Of a stretch of 64,000 nt of DNA, positions 32,677-42,944 are shown in pieces; the stretch's first letter is position 1, and every line of letters begins with the position of its first letter. Position numbers and translations under genes: made by a program. Source of the DNA: an uncultured Chloroflexia bacterium (GTDB taxonomy: Bacteria; Chloroflexota; Anaerolineae; CG2-30-64-16); NCBI GenBank assembly GCA_963774265.1, contig CAVZDU010000008.1, forward strand, positions 192,001-256,000. The letters are read 5' to 3'. The notes below the pieces were generated by a model, which worked only from the letters and a program-made list of their open reading frames with translations, was not told the DNA's origin and searched no databases.

Positions 32677-33924
32677 ATGGCGGCGATCCTTTCGACCATT
32701 TCCCTGGTATTTGGTGCGCTGCACTTTGTGCGGCTGCGTTCGCCGCGCGGTATGCTCTTCATGGCGCTCCGCCTCCTGGCCGGTGCACTGGCGCCGTTCA
32801 TGGCCCTGTGTGGGCTGATCGGCGCCGTGCTCGGGCTGAGGCGGCGCAACCTCCTGGTGGGTGTGGCGGGCGCACTCGGCTTGGTCGCGTCGGGGCAGTA
32901 CGTGGGCCGCATCGCGGCCACCGCGCCCCCACCGAGACGGCATGTGCGACCGCCACCGCCCGCCAGACATCCGGACCTGGATGTTCCGTTCGCCACCGTC
33001 CCACTGCCGGCCGCCGATGGTCCGGGAGAGCGCGCGCTCTACTGCGACATCTGGCAGCCTCCTCCGGACGTGACGCCATCAGGTGTGGCGTTCATCTACC
33101 TGCACGGCAGCGCCTGGTACCTGGGCGATAAGGGCATGTTGACGCGTCCCCTATTCCGCGTCCTGACCGGCGAGGGGCACGTAGTGATGGATGTCGCATA
33201 CCGAATGTGCCCGGAGACGGACATCATCGGCATGATCGGGGACGCGCAACGCGCGGTGGTGTGGGTGAAGGATCATGCGGCAGCCTATGGCGTCGATCCT
33301 GGCCGCGTCGTCCTGTCGGGCAGCTCAGCCGGCGGCCACGTGGCGATCCTGGCCGCATACACGGCAGACCGCGCGGACATAATCCCGGCTGACTTGGTGG
33401 GTCGAGACGCATCCGTTGCCGGCGTTATCGCTATCAGCGCCCCTCTGGACATGCGCGCGATGCTCCGGCACAATCCGTTCATGATCGACAGCGCTCACCC
33501 CGGACCAGGTATGGCTTACGATCCGCTGATCGACGTGGACCGCCTCTCACCTCCGCCGCCAGGCGCGGACCGCCGCGAGCGCTTTCGTTGGCAAGAGGCT
33601 CAAAACCGGCGTATCGCAGGCTTACTGCGCGATCTGGTCGGCGGTGGACCCGATGACGCGGCGGAGCGGTTCGATCTGGCTTCTGCGGGCACGCATGTGC
33701 GTCCGGGTTTGCCACCCACGCTCATCATTCAGGGCGAATGCGACACGCTGATACCGGTTGAACCCGCGCGCGCGTTGGCCCGGCAGCTCAAGGCTTCGGG
33801 CGTCCCGACAGATTATGTCGAGCTTCCGCAAACAGACCACGGGTTCGAGTTGGCTTTGCCCCAGGTGTCGCCACCAGCGCAGGTCAGCATCCAGGCTATC
33901 CTGCGCTTCCTGGCGGTCCGCTAG
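32677..33924 (+). CDS. Membrane-anchored alpha/beta hydrolase (esterase)
   Basis: N-terminal TMs, YLHGSAW, GSSAGG nucleophile elbow, QGECD, HGF. Confidence 0.85.
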   Translation: MAAILSTISLVFGALHFVRLRSPRGMLFMALRLLAGALAPFMALCGLIGAVLGLRRRNLLVGVAGALGLVASGQYVGRIAATAPPPRRHVRPPPPARHPDLDVPFATVPLPAADGPGERALYCDIWQPPPDVTPSGVAFIYLHGSAWYLGDKGMLTRPLFRVLTGEGHVVMDVAYRMCPETDIIGMIGDAQRAVVWVKDHAAAYGVDPGRVVLSGSSAGGHVAILAAYTADRADIIPADLVGRDASVAGVIAISAPLDMRAMLRHNPFMIDSAHPGPGMAYDPLIDVDRLSPPPPGADRRERFRWQEAQNRRIAGLLRDLVGGGPDDAAERFDLASAGTHVRPGLPPTLIIQGECDTLIPVEPARALARQLKASGVPTDYVELPQTDHGFELALPQVSPPAQVSIQAILRFLAVR

Positions 33925-33961
33925 CTCGTGCAGCGCGTCGTACCACGGGCCTAACTGCTAT

Positions 33962-35351
33962 TTAGGGGCGAGAGGTGCCGGCCGGGCGGTTGCGTGCCCT
34001 GGGTTGAGAGGAGGGCGTCCGGCCATTGCCAAAGCGATTTTCCGGCAAGGCCGCATGGCGCGCGCCGACCGGCGCGTCGTGGCGCGTGGGCGGCAAAGGA
34101 CCGTTCGTTGTAAGTTGGCGCGAAGCCGACGTCGCAAATGTTTGACCCGGGCCTTGCAGGGGCTGCCGCTTCGGCTGCGAGCGCACGGGACGGGGACCAC
34201 GTGCGAACTCATCAGCGTTTGCAGGCCGCGCGTGGTAGTCAAACCCGGGCAGCGTGCGCCGCTCAATCCGTCCCCCGAGCAGCCGCTCCACCGCACGCAC
34301 ATCCGCGTCATCGTCGGGTGTCACCAGCGTATATGCCTCGCCAGTCCGCTCAGCGCGTCCGGTTCGACCGATGCGGTGCGTGTAGGCGTCAGGCGTGTCG
34401 GGCATGTCATAGTTGATGACGTGTGAGATGCTCAGCACGTCAATCCCACGCGCTGCGATGTCCGTGGCCACCATAATCTGGTATTCGCCCTCGCGGAAGC
34501 CATCGAGCGCGGCCTGGCGCTTATTCTGCGACAGATTGCCCTGTAAGGCAGTTGCCCGGAAGCCTGCCGCGGCCAACTGCTCGGCCACGCGCTTCGCCCG
34601 GTGCTTCGTCTTGGTGAATACCAACACCGAACCCTGACCCAGCGTAGGTAACAACGTCTTGAGGAACGCGGTCTTCAGGTGCTGGGGCACAGGATACAGT
34701 GCATGTGACACGGTCTCCGCCGGCGCCGAGTGGCCGATCTGCACGGTGAGTGGGTTGGTGAGCACCTCAGCGGCCAATGATTTGATGTCGTCGGGCATGG
34801 TGGCCGAGAAAAGGAGCGTCTGACGCTGACTGGGCACGGCCCGGACGATGCGTCGCACATCGGGCAGGAAGCCCATGTCAAACATCCGGTCTGCCTCGTC
34901 AAGCACGAGCACTTCTACTCCGCTCAAGTCCACGGTTCCCTGGCCCACGTGATCGAGCAAGCGGCCGGGGCAGGCCACAACGATTTCCACGCCGTTACGC
35001 AGAGCTTGCACCTGTTGAGACATGCCAACGCCGCCATAGATGGCCACGCTGCGCAGCCCGGTCTGCTTGCCAAGAGCAAGAAATGATTGGTGGATCTGTT
35101 CCGCCAGTTCACGGGTAGGCGCAACGATTAAGGAACGTGGTCGGCGGCGCGGGCCGCGCTCGAGGCGCTGCAGAATCGGGAGCGCGAAGGCCGCGGTTTT
35201 GCCTGTGCCGGTCTGGGCCAGGCCCATGACATCGCGGCCGGCCATGATCGGCGGGATCGCTTTCTCTTGAATGGGGGTCGGCTCTTGATAGCCGAGCTGA
35301 GTCACGCCCGCGGCAATACGCGGGACTGAAATTAAAACCTGAAAATGTCAC
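33962..35351 (-). CDS. rhlE: DEAD-box RNA helicase (frameshift near 35322)
   Basis: Q motif PTPIQ, AQTGTGKT, PTRELA, DEAD, SAT, HRIGRTGR; probable true start GTG at 35351 (VTFSGFNFSP) lies one base out of frame. Confidence 0.9.
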
Positions 35352-35441
35352 TGAGAATCCTTCCTTGGCTGTGTCTGAGCCAAGTCGCACCCTCAGCCCA
35401 TCCTTTACATTAGTGATATAGAATTATTATAACCTGGATGA

Positions 35442-36008
35442 TCAAAAATCCCTAATCGAGGATATCGTTTCCCGAAACTCGCGGTACACCTCGGTCAGTG
35501 CGGCCGGCGTATAGTGTGCATTGAGGCCGCTGGGATTTGGCAAAATCCACAGTGGCGCTTCGCCCAGCCCTTCATCCTGAGGGCCCAAAACCGCCTTTGG
35601 CCGGCGAAACGCCAGTCGATATGCGCCGATTCCAAGCACTGCTACGACCCTCGGCTGGTACACCGCCACCTTTTCCGCCAGGCCGCGACCGCCCGCCAGC
35701 AACTCCGCCTCACTGACTTCGGCTGCAGTGGCGGTTGCACGTGCAACGAGGTTCGTGATCCCATAGCCAAGCGGCAACAACTCACGCTCCTCATCAGGTC
35801 GCAAGAGGCGGGCAGTAAAACCCGCTGCACATAGTGTCCGCCAAAACCGGTTGCCGGGTCGCGCGAAATGATAGCCCGTGTAGCCGGAGTAGAGCCCCGG
35901 ATTAATGCCGCAGAACAACACCCGCAAGTGCGGCGCAATCACATCGGCCACGGTTTTACCGGTCGCCGCTAGCAATTCAGTGCGCGTCGGTCTGTGATCA
36001 CCCACCAT
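35442..36008 (-). CDS. mug: G/U mismatch-specific uracil DNA glycosylase
   Basis: GINPG, HFARPGNRFW, GITN, LPNPSGLN. Confidence 0.93.
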   Translation of the reverse strand: MVGDHRPTRTELLAATGKTVADVIAPHLRVLFCGINPGLYSGYTGYHFARPGNRFWRTLCAAGFTARLLRPDEERELLPLGYGITNLVARATATAAEVSEAELLAGGRGLAEKVAVYQPRVVAVLGIGAYRLAFRRPKAVLGPQDEGLGEAPLWILPNPSGLNAHYTPAALTEVYREFRETISSIRDF

Positions 36009-36157
36009 GGTGCTCCTTCAGCAGGGCCCAAAGAAAGATCCGTTGCCGCCATTCGTTATACATCAAGACGCAGCCAGATCGTAATCTCGCCTCTTGTGTC
36101 GTTGATTGCAGTAGTGCTATGATTGTTCTGTCTTCGTACAAATTTGGGAGGATTCAA

Positions 36158-37405
36158 ATGCACGAGATTGACTTCATTTTCGAGGGCGGCGGCGCTAAGG
36201 GCATGGTCTTTGTTGGCGCGCTGCAGGAGTTGGCAGACGCGAATCGCTTTGCGCCCGGCCGGCTATTAGGCACATCGGCGGGTGCAATCACGGCCACCCT
36301 CATGGCCGCAGGGTACACTCCCGACGAAATGCTCGGTCCGCTGGCAGAGAAGGGCCCGGATGGCAAGCCGGTGTTTGCGAGCTTCCTTGGGGAGCCGGCT
36401 GCATTCGATGAGGCGGCTGTAAGTGCCAGCCAGATTCGGATGCTGCTGCGCGAGCTCAACGTCCCCCTGCTGCCCGACGTTACTGAGGAAGGCGTGGATG
36501 ACTGGATCGCGCGAAAATTGGCCGCGAGCGCTCGAGGGCGGCATCTGTTCGCCTTTGTAGAGCGAGGCGGCTGGTATGCCGCGGATGCGTTCGTGGCGTG
36601 GCTGCGGCAGCGCCTGAGCACGGGGCAGCTCGACGGCCGGACGCGTGCTTTCGCGGACATGACGATGGCCCAGTTCTACGAAGCCACAGGGCGGGAACTG
36701 ACGGTGATTGCGGCGGATACGACGTGGCAGCGCATGTTGCTGCTCAACCACCGCACTGCGCCCGAACTGCCGGTGGTCTACGCTGCTCGCATGTCCATGA
36801 GCGTGCCACTCCTGTGGGAAGAGGTGGTCTGGCAGGCTGAGTGGGGCCCATACCACACGTGGGATCCCAAGCAGGGCAAGTTGGTGTCGAATGAGATGAC
36901 GGGCCATGAAATCGTAGACGGAGGTCTGCTGTCGAACTTCCCCATCGCTCTCTTTATGGCCTCGCGGCCGGATGTGGCGGCGGTGATGGGCGAACCGAGA
37001 GCTAAGAATGTACTGGGCCTGTTGATTGACGAGACGCTGCCTGTGCCTGACCGGCCGGCGCGCGCACCTGCCGGCAGCGGTCTGGCATCATCGCTCGGTG
37101 GACTCAGTGTCGTCAGGCGGCTGCAGCAATTGGCAAATACAGCCACCTGCGCACACGACAACATGGCCAAGGCGGTCTTTGCTGCGAATGTCGTGCGGTT
37201 GCCGGCGGGCGGGTATGGCACAACGCAGTTCGATATGACTGATGCGGAGCGAGAGGCGCTCCTGAACGCAGGACGACGGGCAATCCGCGACTTTCTGGCA
37301 ACGCAGACCGTATTGGAGGCGACCGGGGACGGATTCGACTTCTCAGTAAGCGATGCGGCGAAGGCGGCAGCGAACGCAGCAGCAGAGGCCATTCTGAGCC
37401 CGTGA
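36158..37405 (+). CDS. Patatin-like phospholipase
   Basis: EGGGAKG, GTSAG, DGGLLSNFP; ATG after GGAGG. Confidence 0.9.
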   Translation: MHEIDFIFEGGGAKGMVFVGALQELADANRFAPGRLLGTSAGAITATLMAAGYTPDEMLGPLAEKGPDGKPVFASFLGEPAAFDEAAVSASQIRMLLRELNVPLLPDVTEEGVDDWIARKLAASARGRHLFAFVERGGWYAADAFVAWLRQRLSTGQLDGRTRAFADMTMAQFYEATGRELTVIAADTTWQRMLLLNHRTAPELPVVYAARMSMSVPLLWEEVVWQAEWGPYHTWDPKQGKLVSNEMTGHEIVDGGLLSNFPIALFMASRPDVAAVMGEPRAKNVLGLLIDETLPVPDRPARAPAGSGLASSLGGLSVVRRLQQLANTATCAHDNMAKAVFAANVVRLPAGGYGTTQFDMTDAEREALLNAGRRAIRDFLATQTVLEATGDGFDFSVSDAAKAAANAAAEAILSP

Positions 37406-37442
37406 GAAGTCGGACCTGAGACCAGGGTACAGAGGTGAGCAG

Positions 37443-37769
37443 ATGTTAGTCATACGCGAGGTGTTCCAGGCCAAGTATGGACGTGGGGATGAGTTGGTGG
37501 CGCTCTTCCGGGAGATCATTTTAGCTTGGGACCAGGGGCAGCACAGGGTTCAAGTGTTCGGCCGGCGCATCCTGACTGATGCCAGCGGCACATTCTTCAC
37601 CGTGGTCATCGAAACGCAGGTGGAAGATTTCGCCGCATGGCAGCAGTATACGTCAGAGGAGTTCGCCATGCCTGAGTTCAATGCGTGGTTTGCGCGGATG
37701 ATCCCTCTGGTGGAGTCAGGGCGACGCGAGTTCTACACAGTCGTGACTGGGCAAGAACAGCCACTCTGA
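37443..37769 (+). CDS. NIPSNAP-like hypothetical protein
   Basis: GAGGTG RBS; [20 protein letters not shown] pattern. Confidence 0.7.
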   Translation: MLVIREVFQAKYGRGDELVALFREIILAWDQGQHRVQVFGRRILTDASGTFFTVVIETQVEDFAAWQQYTSEEFAMPEFNAWFARMIPLVESGRREFYTVVTGQEQPL

Positions 37770-38190
37770 TCGGGGGTTCACCGTCAAATCTGGCTGGTGT
37801 GACGCTATATGGACGTTTGCGGCCTTTGTGGCGCCGGCGATATGCTTCCGCCAGCCCGCCTGTTGACGTCTCTCGATAGAGGGATGGCAAGTTGTTGCCG
37901 GTTTCCCACAGCGCGGCCACAACATCGTCAAACGGGATACGGTGTGAACCGTCGGAGAGCAGCGCGTAGTCGGCACAATTGAACGCTTGGGACGCGGCAA
38001 ACGCGTTGCGCCCGATGCAGGGGATTTGCACCATGCCGGAAACGGGGTCACACGTGAGCCCCAGGTTGTGCTCCAGGCCCATCTCGGCGGCATATTCGAT
38101 CTGGCGCACGTTGCCGCCGAAGAGTTGAGCGGCTGCTGCGGCTGCCATCGAGCAGGCCACGCCCACTTCGCCCTGTCAGCCGACCTCCGC
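37678..38190 (-). pseudogene. sdaA: C-terminal fragment of Fe-S L-serine dehydratase
   Basis: [43 protein letters not shown]; N-terminal part absent; the Cys codon of GCQ reads TGA. Confidence 0.85.
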
Positions 38191-38844
38191 TCAGGATTTG
38201 GGGGAAGCTTCGTCGCCTGAAGATTCGACGGCGCCGCCCTTCTGTTTGCGTCGCTCCAAAGCAATTCGAGCGTATCGTGCATACTCCGTGAACGGCCAGG
38301 TGTCCAGAACCTCGTTGAATTGCAGCGCAGCCTGCGCGTCCAGTCCCTGGCGCTGATATGCCACCCCAAGATTGTAATGACAGGCCGCTTTGGATTTGAT
38401 GCCCAGGAAACCGCCCTCAGATGCGGTCAGCACCTGGCGGAAAGTGGCAACAGCCGCATCGAGACGGTCCCGGTGCAGGGCCAGCACGCCCTGGTTGAGT
38501 TGCACGAGCAGACGGCCGGTTTCATCGGCCCCCAGGCGAAGCGCCAGAGCATACACCCGCTCTGCAGCCGCGTGGTTGCGGCGTCGCGCGAGCAAATTGC
38601 CCAGGTCAACGAGCAGGCGCACGCGCATGGTGATCAAGTACAGCAGGACGATGAGGAAGATCGGGCTGAAATCAAGACCGGTCAGTGCGACGATCGCGGC
38701 TACAACAGCCGTCAGCACGATCGCTTCGGCGGTGAAGCGCAGTGAGATGCCCTCGCGCCGGAGGAAAGACAACATGCCAAAAAAGAGCACAAAAAGCAGG
38801 CCGATCAAGACCAATAGAAGGTGCGGAGCCACGAACGCCTCCAT
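38191..38844 (-). CDS. Membrane protein with C-terminal TPR repeats
   Basis: Three hydrophobic helices, then TPR-like LGNLLA, QGVLAL, HYNLGVAY. Confidence 0.8.
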   Translation of the reverse strand: MEAFVAPHLLLVLIGLLFVLFFGMLSFLRREGISLRFTAEAIVLTAVVAAIVALTGLDFSPIFLIVLLYLITMRVRLLVDLGNLLARRRNHAAAERVYALALRLGADETGRLLVQLNQGVLALHRDRLDAAVATFRQVLTASEGGFLGIKSKAACHYNLGVAYQRQGLDAQAALQFNEVLDTWPFTEYARYARIALERRKQKGGAVESSGDEASPKS

Positions 38845-39134
38845 GAATCACGAGATGATCAGAGTATACCGGTCGTCTGCCCTTCGTGACAATTCGCGGG
38901 TTTGACTTGAGCGATGTTTAGGGGTAAGCTGTGACTCTGTAATTGTAATGTTAGCTACGGAAACGACGGCCAGCGCTGGCCGTCAGGCGCGTCCCTGAAT
39001 GGAAAGGGGGTGGTTGCGGTCGAAATCTGGTGGAGAGAGCCCTGCAGGTTGTCTAGCAGGTCGTTATGATCGTCGTCGCTCGTATTCGATGATTCCGAGA
39101 CGCTCGGATCTGGCTCTCAGGAGGGATTAGAAAC

Positions 39135-40895
39135 ATGAACGCAATTGGCGTCCTTCTCATCAGCGTTTTATCACTCATCGCAGGCTATTGGCTCTACGCC
39201 AGGAGCATCGACAAGTCCGTCATCCGGCCCGACCCCAAGAAGGCCACCCCGGCCAAGATGTACATGGATGGGGTGGATTTCACGCCCGCCAATCGCAACG
39301 TTCTCTTCGGCTATCAATTCAAGTCGATTGCCGCGCTGGGCCCGATTATCGGCCCCATCGTTGCGGTGCAGTGGGGCTGGCTGCCGGCCCTGGCTTGGAT
39401 CATCCTTGGCACCGTGTTCATCGGCTGGGTGCAGGATTATAGCAGCATCATTCTGGGTGTACGCGAAGAAGGCCAATCCTTCGGCGCACTCAGCTATCGT
39501 TTGATCTCCCCGCGGTCACGCGGCATCCTGATCACATTCATCTATTTCTACCTCTGGCTCATTATGGGCTCGTTCGGGGTCCAGGTGGGCTTCAGCCTGT
39601 TCACCAATCCTGCCGTGCCAATAGGCGTGCTCCTGGTCATCGCGGTAGGCCTCTTGGCCGGTCAGATGACTTACAAGTGGAAGCAGGACATCATCCTCAC
39701 GTCCGTGATAACGGTGGTGCTGGCGTTCCTCAGCATCTGGATTGGCACCTTGCCGTTCGCCAAGAACATCATGGAGGCGATTCTCGGCACCGCCGGCGGG
39801 GCGACCAGTCCCATCCTGTTCCTGCAGGTGACGCAGGCGAAGTTTGTGGGCAGCCTGCTGGTCGTGATCATCTGCTATCTCGGCTCAGTGCTGCCCATTT
39901 GGCGCTGGGCACAGCCCATCAACTACGTATCCTTCTGGATCGTCTTCCTCGGCATCGTGGGCGGCATCGTGGGCCTGCTCATCTGGCGCCCCAGCATGGG
40001 CGATTTCCCGGCCTACACCAAGTTCACGATCGGCATCGGCCCGCTGTGGCCCATGCTGTTCGTGACCATCGCCTGCGGTGCGATCTCGGGCTGGCACAGC
40101 CTGGTGTCCTCCTCCGGCACGGCCCGCCAGCTTGAGAAGGAGACGGATGCGCTCTATGTCGGCGGCGGCGCCATGTTCCTGGAAATGGTGTTTGCCTGCG
40201 TGGCCTTCCTGACCGCCACTGTGGCCTTCGGCAGCTACGACGGCTACGTCAAGGCCGGCGGTGGGGCCGCGGCAGCCAGTGTCTTCTCAGTCGGCCTGGC
40301 GACCTTCATGAACAAATGGGGCTTGCCGGTCGAGTTCGGCACGGCCTACGGCGCAGTGTTCCTGACCCTGATGGCTTTGACGATCATGTATCTGGTGGTG
40401 CGCTTTATGCGCGTGGCCAGCGCCGAAGCGTTGGGCGATCAGATCCCGGTCATCCGCAACACGCATGTCGGCACGATCATCGCGTTACTGTTGACCCTGG
40501 CGTTGATTTGGCTGGTGCCGTTCCTGCAGATCTGGGCGGTGTTCGGCGCGGCAAATCAGCTCATGGCGTCCCTGGCGCTTCTGTTGGTGACGGCCTGGCT
40601 GATGTCCAAGGGGAAGCAGTATATGTGGACGATGATCCCCTTCGCGTTCATGTTCGTGACCACCATCGCGGCGCTGCTTTACAAAGCCTACGAGGCGTTC
40701 TTCATCAACCTGCCGAAGACCGCCGATCCGGTCGCTAACAAGATCGCCAGCGTGGGTCAGTTCACCGCCGCGCAGGTGCTCATCGGTGGCGTGTGTCTGA
40801 TCTTGGTGGTGGCGGCGCTCTTCCTGGCCTGGGACGGCATCAAGGCGCTCCGCGGGTACGCCAGCCAACCCGTGAAAGCCCGGGCCAAGGCGTAA
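39135..40895 (+). CDS. cstA: Carbon starvation CstA-family transporter
   Basis: TPA, DGVDF, GPIIGP, WGWLP, FVTIACGAISGWHSLVSSSGT, FGAANQL; many TMs. Confidence 0.92.
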   Translation: MNAIGVLLISVLSLIAGYWLYARSIDKSVIRPDPKKATPAKMYMDGVDFTPANRNVLFGYQFKSIAALGPIIGPIVAVQWGWLPALAWIILGTVFIGWVQDYSSIILGVREEGQSFGALSYRLISPRSRGILITFIYFYLWLIMGSFGVQVGFSLFTNPAVPIGVLLVIAVGLLAGQMTYKWKQDIILTSVITVVLAFLSIWIGTLPFAKNIMEAILGTAGGATSPILFLQVTQAKFVGSLLVVIICYLGSVLPIWRWAQPINYVSFWIVFLGIVGGIVGLLIWRPSMGDFPAYTKFTIGIGPLWPMLFVTIACGAISGWHSLVSSSGTARQLEKETDALYVGGGAMFLEMVFACVAFLTATVAFGSYDGYVKAGGGAAAASVFSVGLATFMNKWGLPVEFGTAYGAVFLTLMALTIMYLVVRFMRVASAEALGDQIPVIRNTHVGTIIALLLTLALIWLVPFLQIWAVFGAANQLMASLALLLVTAWLMSKGKQYMWTMIPFAFMFVTTIAALLYKAYEAFFINLPKTADPVANKIASVGQFTAAQVLIGGVCLILVVAALFLAWDGIKALRGYASQPVKARAKA

Positions 40896-40948
40896 CCGAC
40901 GGCTGCGCGACCGGCCGCGGGTAGGCCGAGCCAGTTCGAGAGGATGGC

Positions 40949-41314
40949 ATGCCACCCGTTCAAATCGATGTGATTGCGCCGGTCCCCGAAGGGTGGGGTC
41001 TGTGCCAGGCATGCGAGCTGATACTGGCAAGCGCGCAGCTTGACCAGGCCCCCCCAGAACGTGGGCTGGATGACCTGCCTCCGGAGTGGCGGGCCGATTT
41101 CCAGCGCCTCTCGACCCTGATCTTTGATCTGGCGCATCGCTACGGCGACCGCATCGTGATCCGCGTCTACGATCCGCGCTCGCTGCAAGGGTTGGTGAAG
41201 GCGGTGCGCCACGGCGCGCGTCGCTATCCGACCTTTGTGGTGGCCGGCCGCACGAAAATCACCGGGTGGAAGCCAGATGCACTGGAGCAAGCGGTGAACG
41301 ATTGTTTGAGGTGA
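40949..41314 (+). CDS. Thioredoxin-fold hypothetical protein (CxxC)
   Basis: CQAC near the N-terminus and a YPTFVV cis-Pro-like motif. Confidence 0.65.
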   Translation: MPPVQIDVIAPVPEGWGLCQACELILASAQLDQAPPERGLDDLPPEWRADFQRLSTLIFDLAHRYGDRIVIRVYDPRSLQGLVKAVRHGARRYPTFVVAGRTKITGWKPDALEQAVNDCLR

Positions 41315-41326
41315 GGGTGGGTAATA

Positions 41327-41608
41327 ATGCCTGAGGCTGGAGTGCTGAAGCGCGCTGGCCGGGCGCTGTTTGATATGCTCTACGGCGCAACAGTCTACGA
41401 GATGGTGCGCGATTTGCACAAGGAGCGCAGTCACCTCGAGCATCTCTTCATTCTCATCGTCTTCGGCGATATGCTGGGCGTGCCAGTCCTGCCGCCCTAT
41501 TACACGCTCCGCCTGCTCCCGTATGTCGTGCCGAATATCGCCGGTTGGCGGCACAGTATGTCACGCGAGAAAGACCTGACCGACATGTGCGATCAGGAAA
41601 TAACTTAG
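41327..41608 (+). CDS. Small CstA/ArsA-associated protein, paralogue 1
   Basis: EHLFILIVFGDMLGVPVLPPYYTLRLLPY; strong similarity to the next gene. Confidence 0.8.
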   Translation: MPEAGVLKRAGRALFDMLYGATVYEMVRDLHKERSHLEHLFILIVFGDMLGVPVLPPYYTLRLLPYVVPNIAGWRHSMSREKDLTDMCDQEIT

Positions 41609-41668
41609 GCCGTGAGCCGCTATCGATGTGACTCAGGCCGCACTCCTTGTTGATGAAAGAGGTTAAGC

Positions 41669-41938
41669 ATGTCAGAGGAAGAGCGTAAGCAAAGTCTGCT
41701 CGGTGGTTTCAAGAGCATGCTCTACGGCATGGCCGGCCACGACATGGCGCGCTATGCACTGAAGACGCGGGGCAGCATGGAGCACCTGTTTATCTTGATC
41801 ACTATGGGTGATCTCCTGGGTATCCCGATCTTGCCGCCCTACTACAGTCTGCGGTTGCTGCCTTATGTCGTCCCCCAGATCTCGACCTGGAAGCGTCGTA
41901 TGCTTCGCGAGCGGGATCTGACGGACGCGCTGGCGTAG
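41669..41938 (+). CDS. Small CstA/ArsA-associated protein, paralogue 2
   Basis: EHLFILITMGDLLGIPILPPYYSLRLLPY. Confidence 0.8.
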   Translation: MSEEERKQSLLGGFKSMLYGMAGHDMARYALKTRGSMEHLFILITMGDLLGIPILPPYYSLRLLPYVVPQISTWKRRMLRERDLTDALA

Positions 41939-41952
41939 TGAGGTATCATCCC

Positions 41953-42933
41953 ATGTCTCTACGCCAAGTCTTCGAGCAAAACCCTAACCGCCGCTACATC
42001 ATGTTCGGCGGGAAAGGCGGCCTGGGTAAGACCACCTTCAGCGCGGCAACTGCGTACTGGCTCGCCAAGCAAGGCTACAAAGTACTGGTCTTCTCAGTCG
42101 ATCCGCAGGCCAGCCTCTCAGACATCTTCAAGAAAGATATTTTTGGCAAAGGCCCCGTCGAGATCATGCCGAACCTGTATGCGCAGGAGATCGACGCTGA
42201 CCAACGCATCCGGGAGTACCAGGGGGAGATCCGCAAAAAGATTCTCGACATGTACGGGCTGGACGAGGTTCCCGAAGAGATCGAGAACTATATCCAGGCC
42301 GCGGCCGCCGAGCCCGCGATGGAAGAAAGCGCCATCTTCGACGAAGTCGTTGACATCGTCGTCAGCGGCAGCTACGACTACTACATCTACGATTTGGTGC
42401 CGCTGGGCCATGCCCTGTACTACCTCAGCATGGCATCGGTCTACGACCAATGGATCGACAAGATCACGGGGTTGCGCACCGAGATGGAGGAGTACTCCAA
42501 GGTTGCTTCGGTGATGCAGCGCAACAAGGAGACGGAGGAGGACGCGATCCTCCGCGAGCTGCAATACATCAAACACCGCATCAACACCTCGTCGGGCATC
42601 CTGACCGACAAGCAGAAGACGGCCTTCTTCTTTGTGATCACCCCTGAGGAGATGATCATTCTCGACACGCAGAAGGCGGCCGGCCTGTTCGCCAAGTTTG
42701 ATGTGCCTCTCGCGGGCTATATCGTCAATCGCGTGGTCCCGGTAGAATTGGCGCAGCAGGAGATCCCCGAGTACTTGCGCAACCGTTTGGAGATGCAACA
42801 CCACTACCTGGATAAGATTGACGAAGTGTTCGGCAAGGATGTGCTGACCCGAGTGCCGGAGTTCGAACGCGACATCACCGGCCTGCCGATGATCGAACGC
42901 GTGGCTACGGCCCTGTTCGGCGAGAGCGTATGA
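41953..42933 (+). CDS. ArsA/Get3-family ATPase (single domain), copy 1
   Basis: GGKGGLGKTT, SVDPQASLSD, EID, variant DLVPLGH, IVNR; no Cys. Confidence 0.9.
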   Translation: MSLRQVFEQNPNRRYIMFGGKGGLGKTTFSAATAYWLAKQGYKVLVFSVDPQASLSDIFKKDIFGKGPVEIMPNLYAQEIDADQRIREYQGEIRKKILDMYGLDEVPEEIENYIQAAAAEPAMEESAIFDEVVDIVVSGSYDYYIYDLVPLGHALYYLSMASVYDQWIDKITGLRTEMEEYSKVASVMQRNKETEEDAILRELQYIKHRINTSSGILTDKQKTAFFFVITPEEMIILDTQKAAGLFAKFDVPLAGYIVNRVVPVELAQQEIPEYLRNRLEMQHHYLDKIDEVFGKDVLTRVPEFERDITGLPMIERVATALFGESV

Positions 42934-42944
42934 GGAGGTGAGCC

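Noticed and set aside
36158-37405. CBASS patatin effector
   Set aside because: No nucleotide cyclase or other defence gene adjacent
39030-39122. Glycine riboswitch (GGAGAGA...CTCTCAGG)
   Set aside because: The conserved CCGAAG core is missing; kept only as an unassigned structured leader
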